Shown piece after piece: positions 13,153-25,788 of a stretch of DNA of 64,000 nucleotides (position 1 is its first letter; each line of letters opens with the position of its first letter). The notes under the pieces are model-generated. The model saw nothing but the letters and a program-made list of their open reading frames with translations. It did no database searches and was not told the origin of the DNA. The translations under genes and the position numbers were made by a program. Origin of the DNA: Eledone cirrhosa (taxonomy: Eukaryota); the NCBI GenBank assembly GCA_964016885.1, contig OZ024740.1:70866001-70930000 (forward strand), read 5' to 3'.

Positions 13153-13398
13153 CATACATACATACATACATACATACATACATACATACATACATACATA
13201 CATACATACATACATACTACATATACACGTGTATAGATACAAAACATGCACGTGAACACATATAACTCAAAGCAGACAGACCCACACATGCAATAACATC
13301 CATACCTGCACACACACATGCGCGCGCATGCACGCACGTACGCATGCAGACATACACATACATACATACATACATACATACATACATACATACATACA

Positions 13399-13768
13399 TG
13401 CATAGTAGCTGCCAACTCGTTTTCGAGTACGGCCACTACTTTATATCCATGTAGGAGAACCCCTACCGATGCGCTGAACGAGTGTGACTTTTTAGTCCAG
13501 CCAGCGACTTGAAAACTCTGGTACAAACACTACACTTGTGACAATTATTGACACATAGTGCTGGGCCCATGGTACCATGTGACGACAAGTGCAGAGAGAT
13601 CTCCAGATATAAAGCAATGCCTGTGCCGTGAAGCTTTTATAGTGAGCAAAGGCACTACACAAAGCCAGTCCCACTCTCTTAACCAAGATGATATTTACCA
13701 AAAAGAAGAACAAGTCAACATCATTTGATACCATCAGGGTTGCAGGTGTTATATCAGAGTTTTCCTTC
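13399..13768 (-). mobile_element. RTE-derived bipartite non-autonomous element, 5'-truncated copy
   Basis: Near-identical to 15389-15991 and 53469-54032; (TATG)n on both sides. Confidence 0.85.
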
Positions 13769-13826
13769 ATACATACATACATACATACATACATACATAC
13801 ATACATACATACATACATACATACAT

Positions 13827-15290
13827 CGCAATTACAACCGTTGTACACAGTGGACCTACGAGTCCAAGTGTGCATATTTGGCAGTAAAACGTGGAAGAGC
13901 TGTGCCCTCCTCTAGAAATCTAGAGATGAACGGCCTGACAATACAACCTCTGCAGTCAGGTGACAACTACAGATATCTTGGACAGGATGAGAATGTCAGA
14001 TATGATGGACCCATAAATAAGGAGAAAACCAGAACTGAATACCTCAGAAGAGTAAAGAAAATATGGTCATCAGAACTGTCAGCATACAACAAATACATTG
14101 CCCACAATACTTATGCTGTGCCAATTCTAACGCCAACATTTGGCCTACTGAACTGGTCATTGCAAGAACTAAGTGAGATGGATGTTAGAACTCGAAAACT
14201 TCTCAGTGTTACTGGGAACTTTAACATCAATGGTGATGTGGATAGGCTATACTTCTCACGCAAGGAAGGTGGCCGGAGTCTAAAATCAATATTAACAACA
14301 TATGAGACCCGGATAGTGACACTGAAGCAACACCTTCAACAGAGGAAAAAGGTTGGCAACCATCTTGCCCAGGTTTATGACCATGAAAAAAGAAATATCA
14401 TTAGAATAGCGACTGATCTGGAGGAGAGATATGGAATAAAGCCCGATATAAATCTCTCACCCAGAGAAATCGGAAGATCCTATTCAATGTTCAAACAAGA
14501 AAAAAAAATTGACCAATTTATAGAAAAAGTTGTGCATGGATACTTGAGGCGTAAAACACAGACCATAGAGGGGATAAACCACTCAAAAAGCCTGGCATGG
14601 AGTTCCGACAAGTTTATGACATCACACCTTGAGGGATATCTCTATGCAATACAGGAACAAGAACTCCCTACCAAATATCTGCTGCACAAAAGAGGAGGGC
14701 CAGCAGCTGACAATAAATGTAGGCTATGTAAAACAAAGATCGAGGATGTAAGCCACATTGTTGCCAGCTGCGAAAGAATGTCATCTCGCTACTACCTCCC
14801 CATGAGACACGATGGGATAGCTAGAACCATCTGGAACGCACTTCGGAAAACAAAATTAACAACAAACGAGGAAGAATATATTGAGACAGATGGCACTAAG
14901 GAATACTGGTGGAACCTGAAAATAAAAACTGCCACCAGATTAAAGCACAACCGGCCTGATATTGTAGTTTGGGACCACACATTGAAAACGTGTTCTGTTG
15001 TGGAGATCAGCTGCCCACTTGATGTAAACGTTGTCAGAAAAATACAGGAGAAGGAGGACATCTACGGACCATTGATGAGGAGTTTACAAATCCAGTATCC
15101 AAGATACACCTTTAGCTTCATACCCATCATTATTGGTGCTACGGGTTATATACCAACCCGCTTGGACCAAAGTATGACTGAACTTGGATTTGCGGACAAA
15201 AAGCGCAGCTCCCTAATTCATAGTCTACAAATGGCTGCGATAGCTGGCACCTTCAAAATTTGCAAAACATTCTTGCGTTTCAAGGGATGA
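13827..15290 (+). CDS. RT C-terminus/thumb + CCHC Zn finger + restriction-like PD-(D/E)XK endonuclease (N-terminally truncated)
   Basis: YRYLG, DRLYFSRKEGGR, CRLCKTKIEDVSHIVASC, RHD, RPDIVVWD..VEISCP..KEDIY; no internal stop. Confidence 0.88.
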   Translation, partial: RNYNRCTQWTYESKCAYLAVKRGRAVPSSRNLEMNGLTIQPLQSGDNYRYLGQDENVRYDGPINKEKTRTEYLRRVKKIWSSELSAYNKYIAHNTYAVPILTPTFGLLNWSLQELSEMDVRTRKLLSVTGNFNINGDVDRLYFSRKEGGRSLKSILTTYETRIVTLKQHLQQRKKVGNHLAQVYDHEKRNIIRIATDLEERYGIKPDINLSPREIGRSYSMFKQEKKIDQFIEKVVHGYLRRKTQTIEGINHSKSLAWSSDKFMTSHLEGYLYAIQEQELPTKYLLHKRGGPAADNKCRLCKTKIEDVSHIVASCERMSSRYYLPMRHDGIARTIWNALRKTKLTTNEEEYIETDGTKEYWWNLKIKTATRLKHNRPDIVVWDHTLKTCSVVEISCPLDVNVVRKIQEKEDIYGPLMRSLQIQYPRYTFSFIPIIIGATGYIPTRLDQSMTELGFADKKRSSLIHSLQMAAIAGTFKICKTFLRFKG

Positions 15291-15371
15291 CAATTTCTTT
15301 TCTTTTACAACCTTGCCACCAGGAAGGTGGCCGGTCAAAAAAATATACTCAAAATTAAGAGAAAGAGAAAA
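13827..15371 (+). mobile_element. R4/Dong-like RLE non-LTR retrotransposon, 5'-truncated, inserted in (CATA)n
   Basis: Open frame to 15290, short 3' UTR, (CATA)n at both junctions. Confidence 0.9.
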
Positions 15372-15388
15372 CATACATACATACATAC

Positions 15389-15991
15389 ATGGTGGCTGCC
15401 AACTCGTTTTCGAGTACGGCCACTACTTTATATCCATGTAGGAGAACCCCTACCGATGCGCTGAACGAGTGGGACTTTTTAGTCCAGCCAGCGACTTGAA
15501 AACTCTGGTACAAACACTACACTTGTGACAATTATTGACACATAGTGCTGCTCCCATGTGATGACAAGTGCAGAGAGATCTCCAGATATAAAGCAATGCC
15601 TGTGCCGTGAAGCTTTTATAGTGAGCAAAGGCACTGCACAAAGCCAGTCCCACTCTCTTAACCAAGATGATATTTACTAAAAAGAAGAACAAGTCAACAT
15701 CATTGGATACCATCAGGGTTGCAGGTGTTATATCAGAATTTTCCTTCTCCTAGAATTCTGCCTTGACAAAGGCTAAGGGGTCATCTCTCCCGGTGATTTT
15801 GGATGGCCATTGACTCTTAAGAGCTCTTTTGCCTTTTGACAGGTTTAGTTTTTAGTCCTGCAGAATATCCAAAGTCACCCTCCTCACCAAGAAACCTTGG
15901 TGGGGTTGCCAGTTTAGTCGCCAACGACCCGACCATGAGACAGGTTGTACTGGGATACATGTTACCAGTAGCACCAACTGGTGACCTGACA
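15389..15991 (-). mobile_element. RTE-derived bipartite non-autonomous element, full-length copy (~600 bp)
   Basis: Non-coding head (TCAGGTCACCAGTTGG...) joined to a 3' end matching the zinc-finger LINE fragment at 52599-53059; (TATG)n on both sides. Confidence 0.85.
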
Positions 15992-16015
15992 TACATACAT
16001 ACATACATACATACA

Positions 16016-16047
<32 letters not shown>

Positions 16048-16211
16048 CATACATACACATACATACATACATACATACATACATACATACATACATACAT
16101 ACATACATACACACATATATACATACATACATACATACATACATACATACATACATACATACATACATACATACACATATACATACATACAGACACACGC
16201 ATATACATACA

Positions 16212-16247
<36 letters not shown>

Positions 16248-16346
16248 TATATATACATACATACTTATACATATATACATACATATATACATACATACAT
16301 ATACATACATACATACACATATACATACATACATATATACATACAC

Positions 16347-16382
<36 letters not shown>

Positions 16383-16560
16383 ACCTACATATACATATAC
16401 ATATATATACATACACACACATATACATACATACACATATATACATACATACACATATACATACATATATATATACATACACACATATACATACATACAT
16501 ATACATACATACATACACATACATACACACATATACATACATATATACATATACATACAT
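15992..16560. repeat. Degenerate (TACA)n/(TA)n microsatellite
   Basis: Direct reading. Confidence 0.95.
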
Positions 16561-17116
16561 ATGGTGGCTGCCAACTCGTTTTCGAGTACGGCCACTACTT
16601 TATATCCATGTAGGAGAACCCCTACCGATGCGCTGAACAAGTGTGACTTTTTAGTCCAGCCAGCGACTTGAAAACTCTGGTACAAACACTACACTTGTGA
16701 CAATTATTGACACATAGTGCTGGGCCCATGGTACCATGTGACGACAAGTGCAGAGAGATCTCCAGATATAAAGCAATGCCTGTGCCGTGAAGCTTTTATA
16801 GTGAGCAAAGGCACTGCACAAAGCCAGTCCCACTCTCTTAACCAAGATGATATTTACCAAAAAGAAGAACAAGTCAACATCATTGGATACCATCAGAGTT
16901 GCAGGTGTTATATCAGAGTTTTCCTTCTCCTAGAATTCTGCCTTGACAAAGGCTAAGGGGTCATCTCTCCCGGTGATTTTGGATGGCCATTGACTCTTAA
17001 GAGCTCCTTTGCCCTTTGACAGGTTTTCTTTTTAGTCCTGCAGGATGTCCAAAGTCACCCTCCTCACCAAGAAACCTTGGTGGGGTTGCCAGTTTAGTCG
17101 CCAACGATCGACCATA
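16561..17116 (-). mobile_element. RTE-derived bipartite non-autonomous element, slightly 5'-truncated copy
   Basis: Near-identical to 15389-15991. Confidence 0.85.
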
Positions 17117-17322
17117 TACATATATATACATACATACATATACATACATACATATATATACATACACATATACACATACATACACATATACATATACATA
17201 CATATATACATATATACATACATATATATACATACACATATACATATGCATACATATATACATATACATACATACACACATATACATACATACATACATA
17301 CATACATACATACATACATACA

Positions 17323-17354
<32 letters not shown>

Positions 17355-17878
17355 CATACATACATATATACATACATACATACATACACATATACATACA
17401 TATATATACATATACATACATATATGCATATACACAGATGTACATACATACATATATATATACATACAGATACATACATATACATATACATACATACATA
17501 TACATACACATATACATATATATACATATATACACATACATATACATACATATATACACATATATACACATACACACATATATATATACATATACATACA
17601 TATACACACATATATACATACATACATATACATACATATATACATGCACATATACATATACATACATATACATACACATACATATATATATACATACATA
17701 TACACATATACATACATACATATACATACATACATATATATACACACATATACATACATACATACATACATATACATATATATATACACATACACACATA
17801 TATACATATACATACATATATATACATACATACACACATACATATACATACATATATACATATATACATATATACATA
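17117..17878. repeat. Degenerate (TACA)n/(TATACA)n microsatellite
   Basis: Direct reading. Confidence 0.95.
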
Positions 17879-18140
17879 GATGGTTAAAAAAGTTCCATAT
17901 ATTTTATTATGCGCATTTCGAAAACAATATCATCCTGGGACAAAAATTGTGTTCTCATCAGATAAAATAAGGTAATATGATATGAGGCCTAAAAACACTT
18001 ATGAACAAGAAAGTGTCCAGTCAACATATGACAAAAATATAAGAGAAAAAATAGGAAAAATGAAGAAAAGGAAAGGAAAAAGGAAAAAGAAATAGAAGAG
18101 AGGAAAAAGAAAGAAAGAAGGAGAGAGAAAGAAAGAAGGA

Positions 18141-18143
18141 AGA

Positions 18144-18234
<91 letters not shown>
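18141..18234. repeat. (GA)n microsatellite
   Basis: Direct reading. Confidence 0.95.
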
Positions 18235-18239
<5 letters not shown>

Positions 18240-18684
18240 ATTTGGAACGCTGTCAAAAAACGAAATCAGCTGTAAAATAACGGCTAAAGAAAAAAACATA
18301 CATACATACAATCGGAAAAGGTTCCCTTTGTAATTGAGATGCGTTACTACTGATATCTGATCTTCTCGTGGTTAAAAGATGTAGACGTGGAAAGGTTTGC
18401 GAAGTTCATCTATTAATATATCTAAACCCTATATTTTGGGCGTTGGGTGTAGGTGTTTTTATTTTCTATATACACCAGTTAGTTCTCGTAAATGGAAACC
18501 AAACAAAAAGAAAAGTGAGGGGGAGGTGTCGTACATAGCTCCATGAGAAAACACCACATTCTATAGATATATGCATACATAAATCCAACCATACATTGAT
18601 ACGCATACACACACACGCACACACACACGCGCGCGCGCACGCCAGCACATTTATAAATATATATACACGTATATATATATATGT

Positions 18685-18727
<43 letters not shown>

Positions 18728-18829
18728 TATGTATTATATGCATATATATATATATATTTATATATATATATATTTATATATATATAAGCACACACACACA
18801 TACGCACACACATACACACACACATACGT

Positions 18830-18860
<31 letters not shown>

Positions 18861-18965
18861 AACAATTTTTGACACGCTATATCCATATCCTTTTGATATA
18901 CTTCAGATGCATGATGGTATTGATAATGTTTAACGAAACGTTCATTGAACCAAATGTAATAATAA

Positions 18966-19141
18966 TTCTTTCTACTTTAGGCACAAGGCCAGCAATTACC
19001 CAGTGCATTACTGGTACTTTATTTTATCGACCCCGTAAGGATGAAAGGCAAAGTCAACCTCGGCGGGATTTGAACTCAGATCGTAAAGGGACGTAACTAT
19101 GCTGGAAAGCATGGCGTCCGACCCTCTACCGATACTGCCAA
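18966..19141 (-). mobile_element. tRNA-derived SINE (octopus-type)
   Basis: A-box-like TGGCAGTATCGG, B-box GAGTTCAAATCC, core GCCTTTCATCCTTACGGGGTCGATAAAATAAAGTACCAG; many copies in the window. Confidence 0.8.
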
Positions 19142-19195
19142 AATAACACCCAACCTCTTTTGAATGTGATCACATGTACTTATATTTATAAATGT

Positions 19196-19244
<49 letters not shown>

Positions 19245-19699
19245 CTATGTGTATGTGTGTGTATTTGTTTATTCAACATACAGAGAAATTAAGAAACACG
19301 CTTTAGAAATCATATATTTTACTCCCCTGAGACTTCCCCTGTTCTCAGTCCTTGGATGTTGTTTTCCTCCGCCAAAGGACGATGCTATCAGTCCAGAGAA
19401 AAGAATTCCATAAGGTGGATTGGCTGATGCAGTCTATTGCCGTTTGTTTTCTGTGTTAACGTTTTCGCTACACTTTCCGTGTGATGCAGCTAAGATATAC
19501 CGTCCAGCCAATGGTGTTGAGTTTGCTCCTTCCCCATTTCTTCCCGTTATTATTTTCCTGGTAATTTCTCTCTTATTGTTATTTTGATATTACAAGTGTA
19601 TTCTAAACAAAAGTTTAATATGGGCTTTATAATATCAATTATACTTTAAATAAATAAGGTTCAAGTTGGGCTCTATGTTGTAGAAGTAGGTCACACAAA

Positions 19700-20060
19700 A
19701 CTTTTAGTGGGACATGACCAGATAGGAAGATCGCCTTCTAGCTAAAACTGGGTCTGTACAATACCTTGATCGTTTCCATTGCCACATACGGAGGCAAAAA
19801 CTGGATTCATAAGAAAGAAGATGAAAATAGACTACAGCCTTTTGAAATGTAATGCCTGGGGTTTATAGCAGGCATAAGGATGAGAGACAGGAAAACGAAT
19901 GACGTAGATAGAGACAAGACGGGAGCTAATATTGCGATAATCCAAGTCATCCAGAAGCGATTAGTCCAATGGTTTGGCTATAGCATTTGCCAACCAGATA
20001 TATCTACGGCCTGGCAAGTATTCCAGGAAGATTTGCATGTGTCGAATAAAAAAAAAGAAA
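19700..20060 (+). pseudogene. Degraded RTE RT C-terminal fragment
   Basis: YGGKNW..EDENRLQPFEM, RDRKTND, IQKRLVQWFGY. Confidence 0.55.
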
Positions 20061-20214
20061 AAAAAACCATAGTTGTGAGGTTAAGGCGTTCACTTCGTAA
20101 CAAGCTGGCTCTGGGTTTATTTCCGGTGCGTAACACCTTGGGCAAATATCTTCTACTATTGCCTTGAGTTGATCAAAGACGGAAACTGCAGAAGCCCGTC
20201 GTATATATAACAAA

Positions 20215-20313
20215 GAAAGTGTGGTAAGGAACCATGTGGACCATAACGCACCAGAGTACTCGATACTTAGGGTAGTAGAGTGGGTAATAAGAAAAGAGTC
20301 AGGACCCCGACGG
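20215..20313 (-). mobile_element. Short (TA)n-associated repeat, 3' fragment of the fold-back family
   Basis: gtggtaaggaacca.gtggaccataacgcacca.agtactc shared with 30890, 40240 and 45886. Confidence 0.75.
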
Positions 20314-20344
20314 CTATATATATATATATAAATATATATATATG

Positions 20345-20411
<67 letters not shown>

Positions 20412-21879
20412 AATGTACGAAGCCGAATTTTCGGCTTTCTAAGCGGTAAGAATATAAAAGTATAAAGAAAGTGCTTAAGCATAGAAATGCTGTAAAGAAA
20501 GCTTATAAAATAGGGTGAAAACCGTTAAAAGAATTTTCCAACGAGCGCTATCAGGAATTGAACTACATATCATCCAGATAGCGGCTAGAAGTCATCTGGA
20601 AGATATGGTTTCAATTAATTCCTCATAGCGGTCGTTAGTAAATTCTTTTTCTGTCTTTTAAGGGTCTTCATCCTATTTTATAAGCTATCCCTATAGCATT
20701 TCAGCGCTTAGGCACGTTCTTTATACTCATATATATCATTAGTTGTTTGTAGGGGAAAATAATATTAAAAGTATATAAACATGAAAATAATTAAGTAAAT
20801 AAAGTAAATATTCGTCTTTAATAATTGATAGAATAACCGAACCCGATATCAAACGATGTAAAATATTTAAGCAAATCCATACGTAAGTGTAAAGTAGGTA
20901 AGACCATAAATATTCCAAAGGTAAATATTTATAATATATTAATAATATAACTTTAAAAAAAGGTTTGAGTATTCAAACAATCACGGTGGTTGAGTGGTAC
21001 AACTGCTGGTTACATAATTGTATAATTACTGATTTTAAATGGAAAAGACTGTTCGGAGTTCCATCTCCTCGCGCCCATACGAAGAAGACTTCTGTTTCTC
21101 GTTTTGCAACTGGAAGGTAGAAGTTTTGTGTATCTGACAATAGCGATGCATGGTATTGCTGGCCATAGGCAAGTCCCTAGCAGGACTGAAAAGCCACCTC
21201 CGTGATGCTCATGCTTAAGTATCAAGCGATGGCATTACTCGAAATCAAGTTGCAGTCATTATCATCATATATATATACATATGCACACACACATATATAA
21301 ATAGATATGTATGTATGTATATTAAGTGTTAAAGCCCGAAGCTCATTACTATTATATTGTGGATGTGCATATTTCACAAGATCTTTTTTATTGGAGAAGG
21401 TAAGAAATTCTTAATATATTCTATAATCCGTATTTTTACTTTACAATTTCACGGTCAATTGCATACACAGAAATAGAGAGGACTTTTTTAAAATGTTATT
21501 TGTTCGATACAAAAATTGAATGATAGTATTGTAGTTGAGGGTGGGCCCCTTTGTCTCATCATGGCAACCAATATTTTTAGACCTAGTCCGCCAATGTATA
21601 TATATGATGTATATATATACGTGTGTGTGTTCGTATCTGTGTTTACGGTTGTATGTATCCCATAACCTAGCGGTGCAACGAGGAAGTACTAGACTTGAAA
21701 AAGTGAATACTGAGGTCTATATTATCGACTAAGTCGAAGCAGTGGCGCAGTCTACTGACTGAAATAAGTAAAACTAAAATAAAATATATAGTATAAACAC
21801 TGAATGAATAGATGGCTGGGTCAATGACCTGTGAAAGACTGGTGCAAAATTACGAGAATTACAGAGGCTGACTTTGGAG

Positions 21880-22980
21880 GAGTGATGCTAAAGCTGTGAA
21901 GTCTTTAATGCATTAATTTCAACTCTTCTTATTAATATCTGCATTGTTCTTTTCCAGGTAAACTGGCATCTGACTGATCAAAGAAGACTTTAAAAGTAAC
22001 TAGTAGCCACTTCTCTTGAAAATGGACAAAATTTGTCATCGTGGTGTTATCAAGTACCTGAAGAAAAAAGGTTTACTGCCCCAAGGAATTCATGCTGACA
22101 TGGTTGCTACATTATGAGATGATGCTATAGCCTTATCAACAATGCAAAATTGGGCTGCTGAATTTAGGAGGGGAAGGGAGAGTCTTGAAGATGACCCAAA
22201 GCTGGACGTCCTGCAACTGCCACCACTTAGGTAAACATTGACCGTGTTCACCACATGGTGATGGATGAGAGGCGATTGACTATATATCAAATAGCCAATG
22301 CTATTAACATGTCTCATAAGAGAGTTGAGATTATTCTGCACAATAAATATGACATGACAACTGATCAAAAGCAAACCAAGCTGATCACATCACATGAAAA
22401 CCTGACATTGTTGGAAGCAGATTCAGATGGGTCCTTGAACGTTTTCTAACCCAGGATGAGTGCTGGGTTCATCACCTTGAGTCAGAGACAAAGAGACAAT
22501 CCATGCAGTGGAAACACCCCTCCTCATCTCCTCCAAAGAAGTCCAAGGTCATTTCATCTGCAGGGAAGTTGTTGGCCTCAGTTTTGGGAGATGCAAAAGG
22601 CATTGTGTTTATTGTCCATCTTCAAAAGGGTCACACCATCAATGGAGAGTACTATACCAACTTGCTGAGGCAGTTACGAAAGGCTATCAAAACCAAATTC
22701 CATGGAAAACTGACAAATGGGGTCTTGTTTCTACAGGAAAATGCTCTAGCAGACAAGTCCTTGTTTCAATGGTTGCTGTGCGTGACTGTGGCCCCATCTG
22801 ACTACCATATTTTCCCCAGCATGAAGAAATACTTGGCTGGGAACCAGTATCGCAGTGATGATGACGTCATATCTGCTGTTGGTGACCTTTCGACCAGAAG
22901 AATTAAAGCTGCTTCACCAATGGCACCCAAGTACTGCAACACCGAACGAAGAAGTGTGTGGACCGTAAGGGGGACTAAAA
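21880..22980 (+). pseudogene. Mariner transposase remnant
   Basis: MDKICHRGVIKYL, WAAEFRRGRESLEDDP, DECWVHH..ETKRQSMQWKH, SAGK, TINGEYY, APSDYHIFPSMKK. Confidence 0.88.
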
Positions 22981-23939
22981 AAAAGAATTTCGATACACAC
23001 ACACAAACAATACAAAAATGTCACATACCCATACGTGGAGAGACACATACACGCACTTACACATAAACATATATATACTCATTCGTGCAAAATCATACAC
23101 GTACGAACACATACACTAAAAAAAAACTACACAAAAAACATACATAACATACACACACATACACACATAAAACACAAAAGAATTCCGACACACGTGAAAA
23201 TATGTACATTCACACATAAATGTACACACTCACACACACATAAACAATACAAAAAAGTCAGACACACACGTGCAAATACACATACACACACTCATACTTA
23301 AACATAAACACACACTCTTATGAAAACATACTCATATACGCACGTGTATACACACACACACACACACAAACACAAACACACACACCAAAAAACACGCATA
23401 AACATACACACACATGCTTATACACCGACACACACATACATACCTATACATAAATACACACATACTTACATGCAGACAAAATAACGAAAAAAACAAACAA
23501 AAGAATTCACAGGCACACACAAACAATATAAAAGACACACAATCGCGCACATGTACACACAGACATACACACACAGAAGCAATGATGAACACCTACGGAA
23601 TTCCCCTCCTCGGCACATACATTACCACACCCGGACTCTCCTCCTCGACCCCTACTCCCAACCTTCTTAAAAACCTTTTTCCAAAATCCGATGTTCCTAC
23701 CTGTTTTCTCTCTCTCTCACTCTATCTATCTATCTTGATAGAGTAAGACACGCTTCACATCGGCTCCGCTATTCCATCAGGATTTACCCTTACTATTGTA
23801 AGTACCGGATAAATTTTTCAGTGCAACACATTTGGAACACTAACCCCTGTTATTTAGGGAAACATTTTTGCATTTACCCCCTTTTTAGGGGGTAAAATAA
23901 ATATCTATTTTTTTGCCGAAAAATTTCTTTCTTGGCAGC

Positions 23940-25788
23940 ATGGCGGAAAAGATGGCAGACATGTCTGCCATTAGCTCTGCCACGCCCCCCCCCCCCCCCC
24001 AAGTCTGAAGAACAAAAAATAATTACAACAAAATTAGACAACAAAACAAACAAGGAAAATGAAAAAACAAATGTTAAGGAAAATGAGCAAACGGAAAACA
24101 AACAAACAGAAAATAATACAAATAACAACAGGGCAACTTTCGCCCAGAAAACAAAACAATCAATAATATACACACCAATTGACTTAACTGCCGCCAGAGA
24201 AAAACTGGCCGAAGCGAAAAAACAAATAGTCTTGGGAGAACGGAATGTTTTCCATTAACTCCCCCCCCCCCCCCCAGAATTCAAGAAAGCCAGAACAGAG
24301 AGCACAGTTCTCTTCAGAACTATACTGAACCAGACAAGAAAGCCAGCACAGCCCAGCCAAATGGAAATAGAGTTGGTCCTAAAAGACTATATGAAGAATA
24401 TTCTCTTCATACGAAAGGACCGAGTCTATGGCAGCATTTCGGTCCTAACAAAAGACAAGGAAACGGCGGAGAAGCTTTCCCTAAGCCCACTCTCATCGAC
24501 AACATACAGCTTCTATCCCTCCTACATGGGTAGAAGAACACAGAGAGTAAAAGTAAAAACAATGCTGCCCACAATGGACTTCTGGTGGGCTATTGCTGGC
24601 TTCATAGACATGGGCGAAGACACAATGCTGTCAATGGGGAAGGCAACTGGAGATGCGTTCCTGGGAATGGGCCTCGACATACTAGTCCAAATGAGGCCCG
24701 AAAGAATAGCACAAATCCCGGATCGCATCTGGCTGGATGACCTTACCCCAATAGACATAATTGTAGAGGGGAGAAGACCAGCATGCTATTTATGCATGGA
24801 AAGGGGACACGTTAAGGCTAACTGCCCGAAACGTATCCCCCAAAAAGGACTATTGCCCACACCCACCACAAACAGTACACCAACACCACCCACCTCCAAA
24901 AATACACTAATACCACACACAGCAAACAAAATACAGACACCACCAACCACAAAGACAACACAAACATCACCACCACCAGCACCAAACACAAGCACGACAC
25001 AAAAATCACCACCACCAACCACAACACAAACATCACCACCACCATCACCAACCACAAGCACGACACAAACATTACCACCACCACCACAAAACCCATTCCA
25101 AACAAATAATAAAAAAAACAGTAACAAATCTACTCCTCCCGCAAAAAAACAACAACCACACAACACGTCCCTCCCACCTAGCGCTGAAGAGTTTCCCCCA
25201 ACTTCTGAAGAAGGAGGAGAAGCCTTCAGACAAGTTAAAAGAAAAAAAAGAAAACACACACCCAGCACACCACAAATAACCCACACACAAACACCAACTC
25301 CAATCAAAAACACCCCACCCTCAACAAACAAAAATAAATCTGCGCCTCCCCTCTCCGAAACATTGACAGCATCACAAAAAAAGACGTTGCAATACACATA
25401 TATAAATAAAGAAAACAAAAAACTGGTTAAATTAATAAACAATAACCCTATGGTGCAGACCGAAGGGCCAAACTTTATCTCAACAGAGAACTTCACCCAT
25501 TTAAAAATGATAAAGGTCCCTCTGGACCTTTATCGTTCCTTAAAAGAACAATTTAGACGGGATGTGAGCCCCCCCCCCTGTTTAAAACCGTTAAATCGCG
25601 TCCTCCTGAAAGATTTCCCCATAACCGCCCCTCTCCCTGACACAACTCCAAATACCCCAACCCCACCACATACGGGTACCCCCACACCACCACAAAACAT
25701 CCCTCCACCCAACACACCTGATGCCATGGAAATTACACAACCCGGAGAGGTAGGTGCTTTTCTTTCTTCACTTTCAACACCAAAATAG
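23940..25788 (+). pseudogene. Copy C ORF1 (gag-like, CCHC), frameshifts at or near C runs
   Basis: CYLCMERGHVKANC; continuous 475-aa frame 24361-25788; probable start MAEKMADMS. Confidence 0.87.

Noticed and set aside
15817-17970. Long YIHT/MYVC-type ORFs (also 30856-32297, 48453-48813 and others)
   Set aside because: Translations of stop-free microsatellites, not proteins
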